A stretch of 64,000 nt of DNA. Source: Porphyromonadaceae bacterium UBA7180 (GTDB taxonomy: Bacteria > Bacteroidota > Bacteroidia > Bacteroidales > Muribaculaceae). Within the stretch, counting starts at the first letter, position 1. The number at the start of each line of letters is the position of its first letter. The notes beneath the pieces were generated by a model that was not told the origin of the DNA, did no database searches, and saw nothing but the letters and a program-made list of their open reading frames with translations. A program made the position numbers and the translations under genes. Location of the stretch: assembly GCA_002491165.1 (NCBI GenBank), contig DKVK01000060.1, positions 33,808 through 97,807 on the forward strand, given 5' to 3'. Positions 1 through 10,965 of the stretch are shown here, piece after piece.

Positions 1-70
1 TCAGTGATGCACCCCGGTACGCTGTGGATACAGATGCCTGAAAAGATAATGTGAAAAATTAGGCTGAATA

Positions 71-102
71 TTTCGCCGTATGATAAATTTTTATTATCTT
101 TG
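71..102 (+). promoter_or_regulatory. Bacteroidetes housekeeping promoter (-33 TTTC/G, -7 TATCTTTG)
   Basis: TATCTTTG at 95-102 matches TAnnTTTG; TTTCG lies ~20 nt upstream. Confidence 0.6.
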
Positions 103-360
103 CAAAGAATTTGCACGGTCAGGCACCTCACGCAAGAGGCCGTAAACCGGGCAGATTCACCAAACAGCGGACCGAAGCGTCCACCTCTCCCCACGTCACC
201 GGTATAAGCACCACACGGCTCCCCGGCAAGCATGGAACTACGGCCCCCTTTTTTTTAAAGAACGCACGTAAGTGCTAAATATGGAATCGCACTGAAGCGC
301 AAAACGTTGGGCAAAAAGCACTTTATGTCCTGCCGCGCCTCTTAAAGCAACACAGAAAAC

Positions 361-1026
361 ATGACTGCCACAGAAGAAGACTATATGTTATCAATCTCCA
401 AACAGACGTTGGCGAAACTTCCGGCTGCCCATTATCAGGGACCGATCTCCGTCATCGACAAGCCGGAGGATATCGACGGTGCCGTGAAGGAACTCTACGC
501 GGCTCCGATAATCGGTTTCGACACCGAGACCCGTCCCAGTTTCAAAAAAGGGCAGTCAAACACCGTTTCGCTCATACAGCTTTGCACTCCGGAACACTGC
601 TTTCTCTTCCGCACCGGCATCACCGGAATCACGCAGCCACTGCGTGCCCTGCTCGAAGACCCCGCCAAGACCAAGGTCGGCCTATCGCTTCACGATGACT
701 TCCATAATTTGGCCAAGATCTCTGACCTTCAACCGGATGGTTTCATAGACTTACAACAATACGTTAAGTCAGTACGCATCGCAGACAACTCCCTTTCCCG
801 CATCTATGCCATAATTTTCGGGAAGAGAATCTCCAAGGGACAGCGCCTCTCCAACTGGGAAGCGGCCCACCTCACCGAGTTCCAGCAGTCATACGCCGCA
901 CTCGACGCAAAAGCCTGCATCGACATTTACGAAGCCATAAGCCAGAACCGCTTCCGCTACGAAGACTCGCAGTACAAAGTCCCCATCGACCAACTCCCGG
1001 ACTTCCAGCCCTCTCTTCAGCAATAA
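361..1026 (+). CDS. 3'-5' exonuclease (DEDDy, RNase D/WRN-like)
   Basis: GFDTETRP ExoI motif, SNW...YAALDA ExoIII motif; alternative start ATG at 385. Confidence 0.9.
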   Translation: MTATEEDYMLSISKQTLAKLPAAHYQGPISVIDKPEDIDGAVKELYAAPIIGFDTETRPSFKKGQSNTVSLIQLCTPEHCFLFRTGITGITQPLRALLEDPAKTKVGLSLHDDFHNLAKISDLQPDGFIDLQQYVKSVRIADNSLSRIYAIIFGKRISKGQRLSNWEAAHLTEFQQSYAALDAKACIDIYEAISQNRFRYEDSQYKVPIDQLPDFQPSLQQ

Positions 1027-1188
1027 CGCGCTTGTCCCACTATACCGGGACTCCGGCGGCGGACTGAAATTTTCCCTCTGACAGAAACTGAAACCCTCTG
1101 CAAATAATTTAAAATTACGACATAACACTTTTCCTGCTTTTACAAGCCCCGAATCGTGAAATTACGGCTTAAAAAGCCGGATTTGCAA

Positions 1189-1215
1189 AAACAATTCCAT
1201 TTCACCTGCGTTTTA
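1189..1215 (+). promoter_or_regulatory. possible ECF-sigma promoter
   Basis: AAAC-N16-CGTTTTA upstream of the small membrane-protein ORF, which has no clear TAnnTTTG. Confidence 0.3.
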
Positions 1216-1347
1216 ATATAAGCAAGCCTGAAAAGACGGCGCCTTCTCTTCTCCACTACGCCTTACGGCCTGCCGAACAAATAACAATCATTGACCTCTA
1301 CGCCCTGCGGGACACCGATGCCCCGACGGCGATAACAAGTTCAAAAA

Positions 1348-1617
1348 ATGGATTTTAGAAAATACCGTCACCTCTGGATGCCTGCAATAATACTGGTTTA
1401 TTTCCTGTTCATGGCATGGCAAGGACGCGACATTCTGCTTGTGCAGGGTGATTACCTGAGATTCTACGGGACAGTGGCCGCCGAGCTTTTTGTCATAGTG
1501 CTGCTCTCTATATTCCTGCGCAAGAAATACCAGATGAAACAGGCGCGCGAAGCAGAAATGGCCCGGCTGGCCAAGGAACGCGAAGAGTGCGAGAAGGAGG
1601 AGGCCAAGGCGCCTTGA
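1348..1617 (+). CDS. small hypothetical membrane protein (2 TM, charged C-tail)
   Basis: two hydrophobic segments followed by an E/K/R-rich helix; A-rich initiation region. Confidence 0.75.
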   Translation: MDFRKYRHLWMPAIILVYFLFMAWQGRDILLVQGDYLRFYGTVAAELFVIVLLSIFLRKKYQMKQAREAEMARLAKEREECEKEEAKAP

Positions 1618-1838
1618 GCACGTCGGCTACACGGCCGCTTTCCGCTGCAATGCATACGGGAATGCGGCCGAAAATGGAAACATAGTTCTCCCACCGAAAG
1701 GAATAGCCAAGAGAATCTACAACGCACACACCTCGTTGCCGAGGATCTATAAAAGGGGTAGCGGTTGAGCAAGCAATTGCCCCTCTTTACCCTTCTGGAA
1801 AGAAACAAACAGATAAAAAATTTTTTTTTCGCTAAAAA

Positions 1839-1870
1839 TTTGTTCATCTCGCCTAGAATTTGTAAATTTG
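1839..1870 (+). promoter_or_regulatory. housekeeping promoter
   Basis: TTTG-N20-TAAATTTG. Confidence 0.75.
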
Positions 1871-1998
1871 CATCAATAAACGGGTCATAACTTTAAAGCC
1901 AGGAAACAAATATCCACAAGTCACAACTGTAACAAATTGACAGCTAAAGGCTTAGCTTTGAAATTTTGACTTTAACATGCCTTAGTAAATTCATTCAC

Positions 1999-3228
1999 AT
2001 GAAGATAAGAAGCATAGCGTTAACATTACTGGCCTCTGCCGCGGCACTCACAAGCGTTGCCTCAGAGAAAAAGACGGAGGCCTTCAACGTAAACTTCGTT
2101 GTGGGAAGTACGCAGCTATTGCCGAGCTTCAGCAACAACCGTGAGGTTCTCCAGAGCCTTGACGAGTTCTTGCGCGAAGCTCAGAACAGCGGCGAATACC
2201 GCGTTGTGGACATCACATACTGCGGTTACGCCTCCCCCGAAGGCCCCACGGCCCTCAACGACCGTCTATCCAAAGGGCGTTGCCGCTCTTTGGCAAACTA
2301 CGTTGAAACCAGGGCGCAGTTCCCCGACGCAACCATTACGGAAGGTGCCCAGATGGACATCTGGCCCGAAGTGGTTCGCCGCCTCCAAGAACTCAACTAC
2401 CCCAAAACACAAGAGGTTATCGATATCCTTAACGATGACTCGCGCGAGTGGGACCGCAACAATCCCTATGCCGCGCGCGTTCAGAAACTCCGCCGCCTCG
2501 ACAAGGGCCGCGTATGGAAGTACATCAACACCAACGTGCTGATGCCTATGCGCAACGCCACAGTCACTTTCGTCACCGTAGAAAAAGTTGAGCCCTCGCC
2601 CGTAGTTATAGAACAGCCCGAAAAGCCCTTCATCGAAGAGCCGGTGGAAGTCGTTACCGAAGAAATTGTCGAAGAAGTAGTACAGGAGGAAAAAGAATGG
2701 CGGCCGCACCTCTACCTCAAGACCAACGCGGTGGCTTGGGCCATGCTTATCTCCAACGCCGCCGTTGAATGGGAGTTCCACCCCCATTGGTCAGTCACTG
2801 CTCCCATCTATTATAGCGGTGTAAACTACTTCACCAGCAAAATCAAGTTCCGCACACTCGCCTTCCAGCCCGAGATTCGCTACTGGTTCCGCAACAACAA
2901 TGACGACGGATTTTTCGTCGGCGCCCACTTCTCGGTAGCCAAATACAACTTCGCCATAAACGGCAAATACCGTTTCCAGGACCACCACGCCAAATATCCG
3001 GCCCTCGGCGGAGGTCTCAGCGTAGGCTACCGTATACCCATCTCCAAAGACCACCGCTGGAAACTCGAGTTCACGGCCGGGGGCGGGTACTACCACCTGT
3101 GGACTGACTACTTCCTCAATGAAAATAACGGTCCCAAAATCTACAAGAAAAAGAAAAACCAGTTCTTGGTTGACAACGTAGGCGTGACTTTCATGTATAT
3201 GTTCGACTTAAACAGAGGAGGAAAATAA
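1999..3228 (+). CDS. outer-membrane protein, OmpA-like N-domain plus DUF3575 beta-barrel (fimbrial-locus type)
   Basis: signal peptide MKIRSIAL...; GYASPEG...NDRLSKGR OmpA-like motif; LKTN...QPEIRYW DUF3575-like barrel; ATG 1999 preferred over TTG 1966. Confidence 0.8.
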   Translation: MKIRSIALTLLASAAALTSVASEKKTEAFNVNFVVGSTQLLPSFSNNREVLQSLDEFLREAQNSGEYRVVDITYCGYASPEGPTALNDRLSKGRCRSLANYVETRAQFPDATITEGAQMDIWPEVVRRLQELNYPKTQEVIDILNDDSREWDRNNPYAARVQKLRRLDKGRVWKYINTNVLMPMRNATVTFVTVEKVEPSPVVIEQPEKPFIEEPVEVVTEEIVEEVVQEEKEWRPHLYLKTNAVAWAMLISNAAVEWEFHPHWSVTAPIYYSGVNYFTSKIKFRTLAFQPEIRYWFRNNNDDGFFVGAHFSVAKYNFAINGKYRFQDHHAKYPALGGGLSVGYRIPISKDHRWKLEFTAGGGYYHLWTDYFLNENNGPKIYKKKKNQFLVDNVGVTFMYMFDLNRGGK

Positions 3229-4280
3229 TGATGAAGACACAGACTATCATTCGCAATATCGCGCTGCGTTGCGTCAAATCATCACGCATCGCCCTGCCCC
3301 TGCTAACTTTGCTCCTGGCTCTCACCGCCTGCAACGTCGAGCAATTCCCGAACTACGATACACCTCCCGAAAACTCGGTGAATTTCACACTCGACCTCCA
3401 CTACGAGACTGACCTCCCTCTCTATAAGGAAATCACTTACGACACCCGTAACTCACAGTACGCCCTGCGCTACATCATCAAGGCGTATCCCGAAATCCAG
3501 GAGGGACGTTACGACTACAACCACCCGACGATAGTACAGACCGTCTTCAACGACAAGATCGAAGAACTCGACCGCCGCGTCGAGGTACAGCTTCCCGAAG
3601 GCAACTACCAGTTCGCCGTCTGGACCGACTATGTTACCGCCGACGGCCACAAGGCAGTCTTCTACAACGCAGAAAACTTCTCGGACGTTTCGCTCAACGA
3701 GGAGAACGGCCATCAGGCTTCCAACAACTTCCGCGACGCGTTCCGCGCCCTCCAGGAAGTCGCAGTGGTAGCCGACGGTTCGGCAATCGTGGAGAACACA
3801 CGTCCGCTCGGTAAATACGTCATCATCTCCGACGATGTGCAGGACTTCATCCAGAAAGTAATCGAAATGCGCACCACGCGCGGCGACGAGAATACCCGTG
3901 ACATCAACCCCAACGACTTTATCGTTACCGTGCAATATCAGGGATTCATGCCCTCGGCGTTCAACATCCTGAGCAACAAGGCCGTCGATTCCCTCCCCGG
4001 CGTGGTTTACCAGTCGGCCCTCACGCAGCTGAGTCCCACAGAGATGGAGCTTGCCTTCGACTACGTATTCACCAACCCGGAGGAAACACGTGTGCAGGTT
4101 GCACTTAACGTTACGGAGAAATCAACCGGCGCAGTCATCGGCCAGACCGGTACATTCGAAATACCTCTGTTCCGCAGCCACCTCACCATAGTGCGCGGAC
4201 AGTTCCTGACGGCACAACAATCCGGCGGTATGGTCATCGACCCGTCGTTCGACGGAGAGTTCAACCTCGAAATACATTAA
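3228..4280 (+). CDS. lipoprotein, FimB/Mfa2-like (DUF6562-like) fimbrial accessory subunit
   Basis: lipobox LTAC; LPEGNYQFAVWTDY; C-terminal IDPSFDGEFNLEI; TAATG coupling to the upstream gene. Confidence 0.7.
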   Translation: MMKTQTIIRNIALRCVKSSRIALPLLTLLLALTACNVEQFPNYDTPPENSVNFTLDLHYETDLPLYKEITYDTRNSQYALRYIIKAYPEIQEGRYDYNHPTIVQTVFNDKIEELDRRVEVQLPEGNYQFAVWTDYVTADGHKAVFYNAENFSDVSLNEENGHQASNNFRDAFRALQEVAVVADGSAIVENTRPLGKYVIISDDVQDFIQKVIEMRTTRGDENTRDINPNDFIVTVQYQGFMPSAFNILSNKAVDSLPGVVYQSALTQLSPTEMELAFDYVFTNPEETRVQVALNVTEKSTGAVIGQTGTFEIPLFRSHLTIVRGQFLTAQQSGGMVIDPSFDGEFNLEIH

Positions 4281-4322
4281 GAGTCATCGTTCTGAGGCCA
4301 TCATTTTGAATTATAAATAATG

Positions 4323-4353
4323 TCACCCGCTGTTTTTACGGCGGGTGATTTTT
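4323..4353 (+). terminator. rho-independent terminator
   Basis: TCACCCGCTG/CGGCGGGTGA stem followed by a T-run. Confidence 0.85.
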
Positions 4354-4394
4354 GTTACGGCAGAAGTAATTTTAACGCAGCACGAGGTTATTTT

Positions 4395-4448
4395 TATGTA
4401 GCGGATGTTACGGATGTAGCTGATGCGGCTGATACAATTGATGTGGTG
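4395..4448. repeat. degenerate 9-bp tandem array (6 units, nATRYnnnn)
   Basis: tatgtagcg gatgttacg gatgtagct gatgcggct gatacaatt gatgtggtg. Confidence 0.7.
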
Positions 4449-4516
4449 TAATTTGAAGTGTTGTTTCGAGGGACTTCCATCCATGAAAAAGATTCTCAAA
4501 AAAACGATGTGAAACG

Positions 4517-6784
<2,268 letters not shown>

Positions 6785-6852
6785 CCGGCTCGGGAAACCC
6801 TCCTGTCGCAGCCCGCTTGATACTCACTTAAGGCGAAGGTCAGCGCATACGG

Positions 6853-6884
6853 TTTGGCCGTTTCGCAGATTTTGCTTAATTTTG
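6853..6884 (+). promoter_or_regulatory. housekeeping promoter for rlmD
   Basis: TTTG-N20-TAATTTTG. Confidence 0.7.
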
Positions 6885-6924
6885 CCCTCCGAAAGGTGCC
6901 TCCCTTCCGGAGGGCTTCCTTTTT
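6884..6924 (+). terminator. terminator-like hairpin overlapping the rlmD promoter
   Basis: GCCCTCCG..AAGG/CCTT..CGGAGGGC followed by TTCCTTTTT. Confidence 0.55.
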
Positions 6925-6937
6925 AATAGAATTACCC

Positions 6938-8437
6938 ATGGGAAGAAAGAAGAAACCGTTGCCCCTCCTCGAGGGACTTGAAATAACCGCCGTCGCCGCC
7001 GAGGGAAAGGCGCTCGGACGCCGCCGACTCTCGGCACAGAGCGAACGCGAACTTGTGATTTTTGTACCGTACGCTGCGCCGGGCGATGTAGTGGACGTGC
7101 AGGTAGACCGCAAGAAGCATGCCTTCGCCGAAGCGCACATAGTGCGCTTCCTTAAAAAGTCGGACATGCGCACGGAGCCCCGTTGCACACACTTCGGCAC
7201 CTGCGGCGGCTGCCGTTGGCAACACATCTCATATCCCGAACAGCTCAAGTTCAAACGCCAGAACGTAATCGACGCCTTGCAGCGAATCGGCAAGGTTGAG
7301 TTCCCGGAAGTGCTCCCCGCACTCGGCTCCGAACGAGTGTACGGATACCGCAACAAGATGGAGTACACCTTCTCCAACAAGAAGTGGCGCAGCTGGGAAG
7401 ACGTGAAGTCGGGACGCGAGTTCACCGATTCGCCAAACGGACTGGGTTTCCACATTCCCGGTGCCTTCGACAAGGTGCTCCACATTGACGAATGTCACCT
7501 TCAGGACAATCTCGGCAACCGCATCCGCAACGCCGTCTACGACTTCGCCGAGGCCGAAGGAATCAGTTTCTACGACATACGACAAAACGAAGGGGATCTG
7601 CGAACCATGATGATACGCATCGCCTCCTCCGGGCAGGTGATGGTCTGCGTAGTCTTCGGGGGTGCCGAAAAAGCCGTGGTGGAGAAAACAATGGAGATGC
7701 TTCGCACACGGTTTCCCGAAATCACCTCGCTGCTTTACGTCGTCAACACCAAGGCCAACGACACCATCGGTGACCTTGAAGTCATACCATACGCCGGTCC
7801 CGACTTCATAGAGGAGGAGATGGAGGGATTGCGGTTCCGCGTCAACGCCAAGTCGTTTTATCAGACCAACTCGGCGCAGGCTTACGAATTATACAAGGTA
7901 GCGCGCCGCTTCGCCGGACTCGACGGGAAGCCGGCCGACGGGAAACTTCCCGTGGTTTACGACCTCTACACCGGCACCGGCACAATAGCCAACTTCGTGG
8001 CGCGTAATGCCGGGCGCGTAATAGGTATAGAGTATGTCCCGGAAGCCATCGAGGACGCAAGAATCAACTCGCAGGTCAACGGCATAGAGAACACCATCTT
8101 CTATGCCGGCGACATGAAAGATGTGCTCGACGACGCACTGATAGAGCGCCACGGCCATCCCGACGTGATGATAATAGACCCGCCGCGCGCCGGTATGCAC
8201 CCCGACGTGGTGGAAACGATACGCCGCGCCCGGCCAGAGAGGATAGTCTACGTGAGCTGCAATCCCGCAACGCAGGCGCGCGACCTCGCGCTACTCGACG
8301 ACCTCTATGCCATAACGGCGGTGCAGCCTGTGGACATGTTCCCGCATACCCACCATGTAGAAAATGTGGTGCGTCTCGAACTCCGCGCCGAACCCAAACC
8401 CCGGCAAGATGGCCAAGGAACGCCTCTTCAGGTTTAA
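6938..8437 (+). CDS. rlmD: 23S rRNA (uracil-1939-C5)-methyltransferase
   Basis: TRAM domain, CTHFGTCGGC Fe-S motif, SFYQTN, DLYTGTG, IDPPRAG, YVSCNPATQARD, DMFPHTHHVE. Confidence 0.92.
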   Translation: MGRKKKPLPLLEGLEITAVAAEGKALGRRRLSAQSERELVIFVPYAAPGDVVDVQVDRKKHAFAEAHIVRFLKKSDMRTEPRCTHFGTCGGCRWQHISYPEQLKFKRQNVIDALQRIGKVEFPEVLPALGSERVYGYRNKMEYTFSNKKWRSWEDVKSGREFTDSPNGLGFHIPGAFDKVLHIDECHLQDNLGNRIRNAVYDFAEAEGISFYDIRQNEGDLRTMMIRIASSGQVMVCVVFGGAEKAVVEKTMEMLRTRFPEITSLLYVVNTKANDTIGDLEVIPYAGPDFIEEEMEGLRFRVNAKSFYQTNSAQAYELYKVARRFAGLDGKPADGKLPVVYDLYTGTGTIANFVARNAGRVIGIEYVPEAIEDARINSQVNGIENTIFYAGDMKDVLDDALIERHGHPDVMIIDPPRAGMHPDVVETIRRARPERIVYVSCNPATQARDLALLDDLYAITAVQPVDMFPHTHHVENVVRLELRAEPKPRQDGQGTPLQV

Positions 8438-9131
8438 ACGCTTCGCCGTCAGGCACCGCCGCAGCGCCATGAAAGTGGGCGTTGACGGCGTACTGCTCGG
8501 CACGTGGGCCGATGTCTCCGGTGCCGGAAGGATTCTCGACGCCGGCTGCGGCTGTGGCGTAATAGCCCTGATGTGCTCCCAACGCAATCCGCAGGCCGCC
8601 GTCAACGGAATCGACACCGACCGCGACTCGGTGGAGGAAGCGCGCGAGAACGCCGCCGACCTACCGTGGGAAGCCGATGTCACATTCTTGCAGTGCGACA
8701 TCGCCGAATACGAGGCCGAGCCCTTCGACCTGATTGTCAGCAATCCACCATTTTTCTCATCCGGAATCTCCGACCCCGATACGCCGCGGCTACTCGCACG
8801 CCACGACGGCGCCCTTTCCCCCCTCTCGCTACCGGGTCATGCCGCCCGCTTGCTCCTCCCGGGAGGGCGTCTCGCCATGATTTTCCCCTACGAACGCTTA
8901 GAGGAAGTGGAGGAAGTTGCCGCAAAGGCAGGACTTGCCCCCATCCGCATCACCACCGTTCGCGGGCACTCATCCGCTCCGGTGAAACGCGTTCTCACAG
9001 AATTCATGAAACCGGCAGATAATGACCCCGTTCCGCCAAGCCTCTGCCATGAACTGACTCTCGAAACCTCGCCAGGCGTTCCCTCCGAAGAATACCGCCG
9101 CCTGGGCCACCCCTTTTACCTCTATTTCTGA
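8409..9131 (+). CDS. tRNA1(Val) adenine-37 N6-methyltransferase (TrmN6/YfiC family)
   Basis: FRFKRF..AMKVGVDGVLLG, LDAGCGCG, SNPPFF, ARH motifs; overlaps the rlmD end by 29 bp. Confidence 0.85.
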   Translation: MAKERLFRFKRFAVRHRRSAMKVGVDGVLLGTWADVSGAGRILDAGCGCGVIALMCSQRNPQAAVNGIDTDRDSVEEARENAADLPWEADVTFLQCDIAEYEAEPFDLIVSNPPFFSSGISDPDTPRLLARHDGALSPLSLPGHAARLLLPGGRLAMIFPYERLEEVEEVAAKAGLAPIRITTVRGHSSAPVKRVLTEFMKPADNDPVPPSLCHELTLETSPGVPSEEYRRLGHPFYLYF

Positions 9132-9171
9132 AATAAAGGCATCTTTATAAATCCATTCTATTTCTTAAATA

Positions 9172-9263
9172 CCGATCCAATCGGCTCAAAAAAAGAGAAA
9201 AACAGCCAAAAATCGGCTTAGATTGGGCCGATAATTCTCCTTTTTTACTAATTTTGAGCCGAT
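9172..9263. repeat. nested inverted-repeat / operator-like array (ATCGGCY x4)
   Basis: ATCGGCTCAAAA 9180-9191 / TTTTGAGCCGAT 9252-9263; inner ATCGGCTTA 9212-9220 / TGGGCCGAT 9224-9232. Confidence 0.7.
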
Positions 9264-9484
9264 ATAAAATTTGGTGCCATAAAAACAAACTCCATAACCT
9301 CACTTCCAAACCGTCGAGTGTTAAATAAAGCTAACGGGAATACTGATTTGGGACATCCGGACGTTTAAATAGTAGGAGAAGAAGCTCTTGCCCGATTTGT
9401 AAACTGTGATTTTTAACACTATACGATGCAGAGCGTTCTAAACCTTTGGCTCCGCTCGGAGTCTTATATTAAAACCGAACGAAA

Positions 9485-10741
9485 ATGAAAAAAGCCGTAC
9501 TCATCACGCTCCTCTTCGCAGGCCTGGCATCGCCGATGTGGGCCCAGAATGATTATGACGACGATATTTACTATAATCCTAAGAAATCGCAGGAAAAGCA
9601 ACAAAAGAAATCGAACTACATAAAGAACTTCGACGAGATAGATGTTGACACCTACAACCGCCGCGGCCAGTACTACACTACCCCTATCGACACCATAGGC
9701 AACGCCACGGCATACGGCGAGGATTTCGTAAATACCCAACAGATACAGAAATACATAAACCCGACGATTGTCATCGACAACGCCGATGTGCTGGCCGGAG
9801 TGCTTGAGAACTCCTACGGCAATGTCGAAATCGTAATCGACGACTACGGTACCCCCACCTTCGCGCCGGTCTACATCTACAGCGATTGGCCTCTCTACAG
9901 CTACGGCTGGGGCCCCTCATGGCGGTGGTCATGGGGCTGGGCTCCCTCGTGGAGCATAAGCTGGAATTGGGGCTGGGGCCCGTCGTGGGGACCCGCCTGG
10001 GGATGGGATCCCTATTGGGCATGGGGTCCCTCGTGGGGCTGGGGTCCGGGGTGGGGGCCGTCATGGGGTTGGGGACCCGGTTGGGGACCCGGCCACGGGT
10101 GGCACAGCGACCGCTATATGGCCAACCACTACCGCCCGAACGCCGGACGCCGTCCCAACGGACCGTATGACGGCTGGGCAGACGGCACACGTCCCGGCGG
10201 AAACCGCTACGGAGGCACTGCCTCCTCGCGTCCCGGCTACGCTTCGTCGAGTTCTTCGGAACGCCGTCCCTACTCCATCAACAGCAACGGTCACCGTGTA
10301 AGCAACCAACAGCAGACCATAAACGGCGCCGGCTCTTACAGAGGTTCGCAAGGCGTAGGCACGCACCGCAGCGGCTACATGGGAGGCACCGTCAACAACG
10401 GAATGACCACCGGCGGACACCGCCAGTATGGCGCCGGTACCGGAACCACCTCAACCAACGGCACTTTCAACGGCACCGCCACACGCCGCAACTACGGCAT
10501 AGGCACTACCACCAACCGCACCGGAGTCACCACCAACCGTTCGGTTAACCGCTCCACCAACAGCAACTCAAGCGGCTACAACAACCACCGCAGCAGCGGC
10601 AACTCCAACCGCAGCAGCTTCAACAGCGGCAGCTCGCACCGCTCCTCCGGCGGATTCAGCACCGGCGGTCGCGGTGGCGGCGGCAGCCGTGGCGGCGGAG
10701 GGGGCCGCTCCGGAGGAGGTGGCGGCGGACACCGCAGATAA
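9485..10741 (+). CDS. exported low-complexity protein (Trp-Gly-Pro repeats, Gly/Ser/Arg-rich tail)
   Basis: signal peptide ending MWA-Q; YDDDIYYNP motif; WGP repeats; RGG-like C-terminus. Confidence 0.8.
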   Translation: MKKAVLITLLFAGLASPMWAQNDYDDDIYYNPKKSQEKQQKKSNYIKNFDEIDVDTYNRRGQYYTTPIDTIGNATAYGEDFVNTQQIQKYINPTIVIDNADVLAGVLENSYGNVEIVIDDYGTPTFAPVYIYSDWPLYSYGWGPSWRWSWGWAPSWSISWNWGWGPSWGPAWGWDPYWAWGPSWGWGPGWGPSWGWGPGWGPGHGWHSDRYMANHYRPNAGRRPNGPYDGWADGTRPGGNRYGGTASSRPGYASSSSSERRPYSINSNGHRVSNQQQTINGAGSYRGSQGVGTHRSGYMGGTVNNGMTTGGHRQYGAGTGTTSTNGTFNGTATRRNYGIGTTTNRTGVTTNRSVNRSTNSNSSGYNNHRSSGNSNRSSFNSGSSHRSSGGFSTGGRGGGGSRGGGGGRSGGGGGGHRR

Positions 10742-10965
10742 CACTCTCAGCACCACAGGCCTGACATCTCTCCCGGTCACTGTCTCCGGAAGCATGTCGG
10801 GCCTTGTTTCTTCACTCCTCTCCACTCCGTTTCATAACGACCTAAACTCTGACACACGGCAACCGCAAATTGCTTCCTGCAAGGTTTACCGCGATTCCAC
10901 CCGGCCTCTTCCCGGCCGCTACCTCAAAACCTCCCTCCACTATCACCCGAAAAAATTGACAAGCT

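Noticed and set aside
1257-1331. Short palindromes GCCTTACGGC, GCCCTGCGGG, GCCCCGACGGC (REP-like)
   Set aside because: Too short and degenerate to call; no RAYT transposase in the window
9899-10102. Repetitive TGGGG.CC units resembling a CRISPR array or VNTR
   Set aside because: In-frame coding repeats (WGP); no constant repeat with unique spacers and no cas genes
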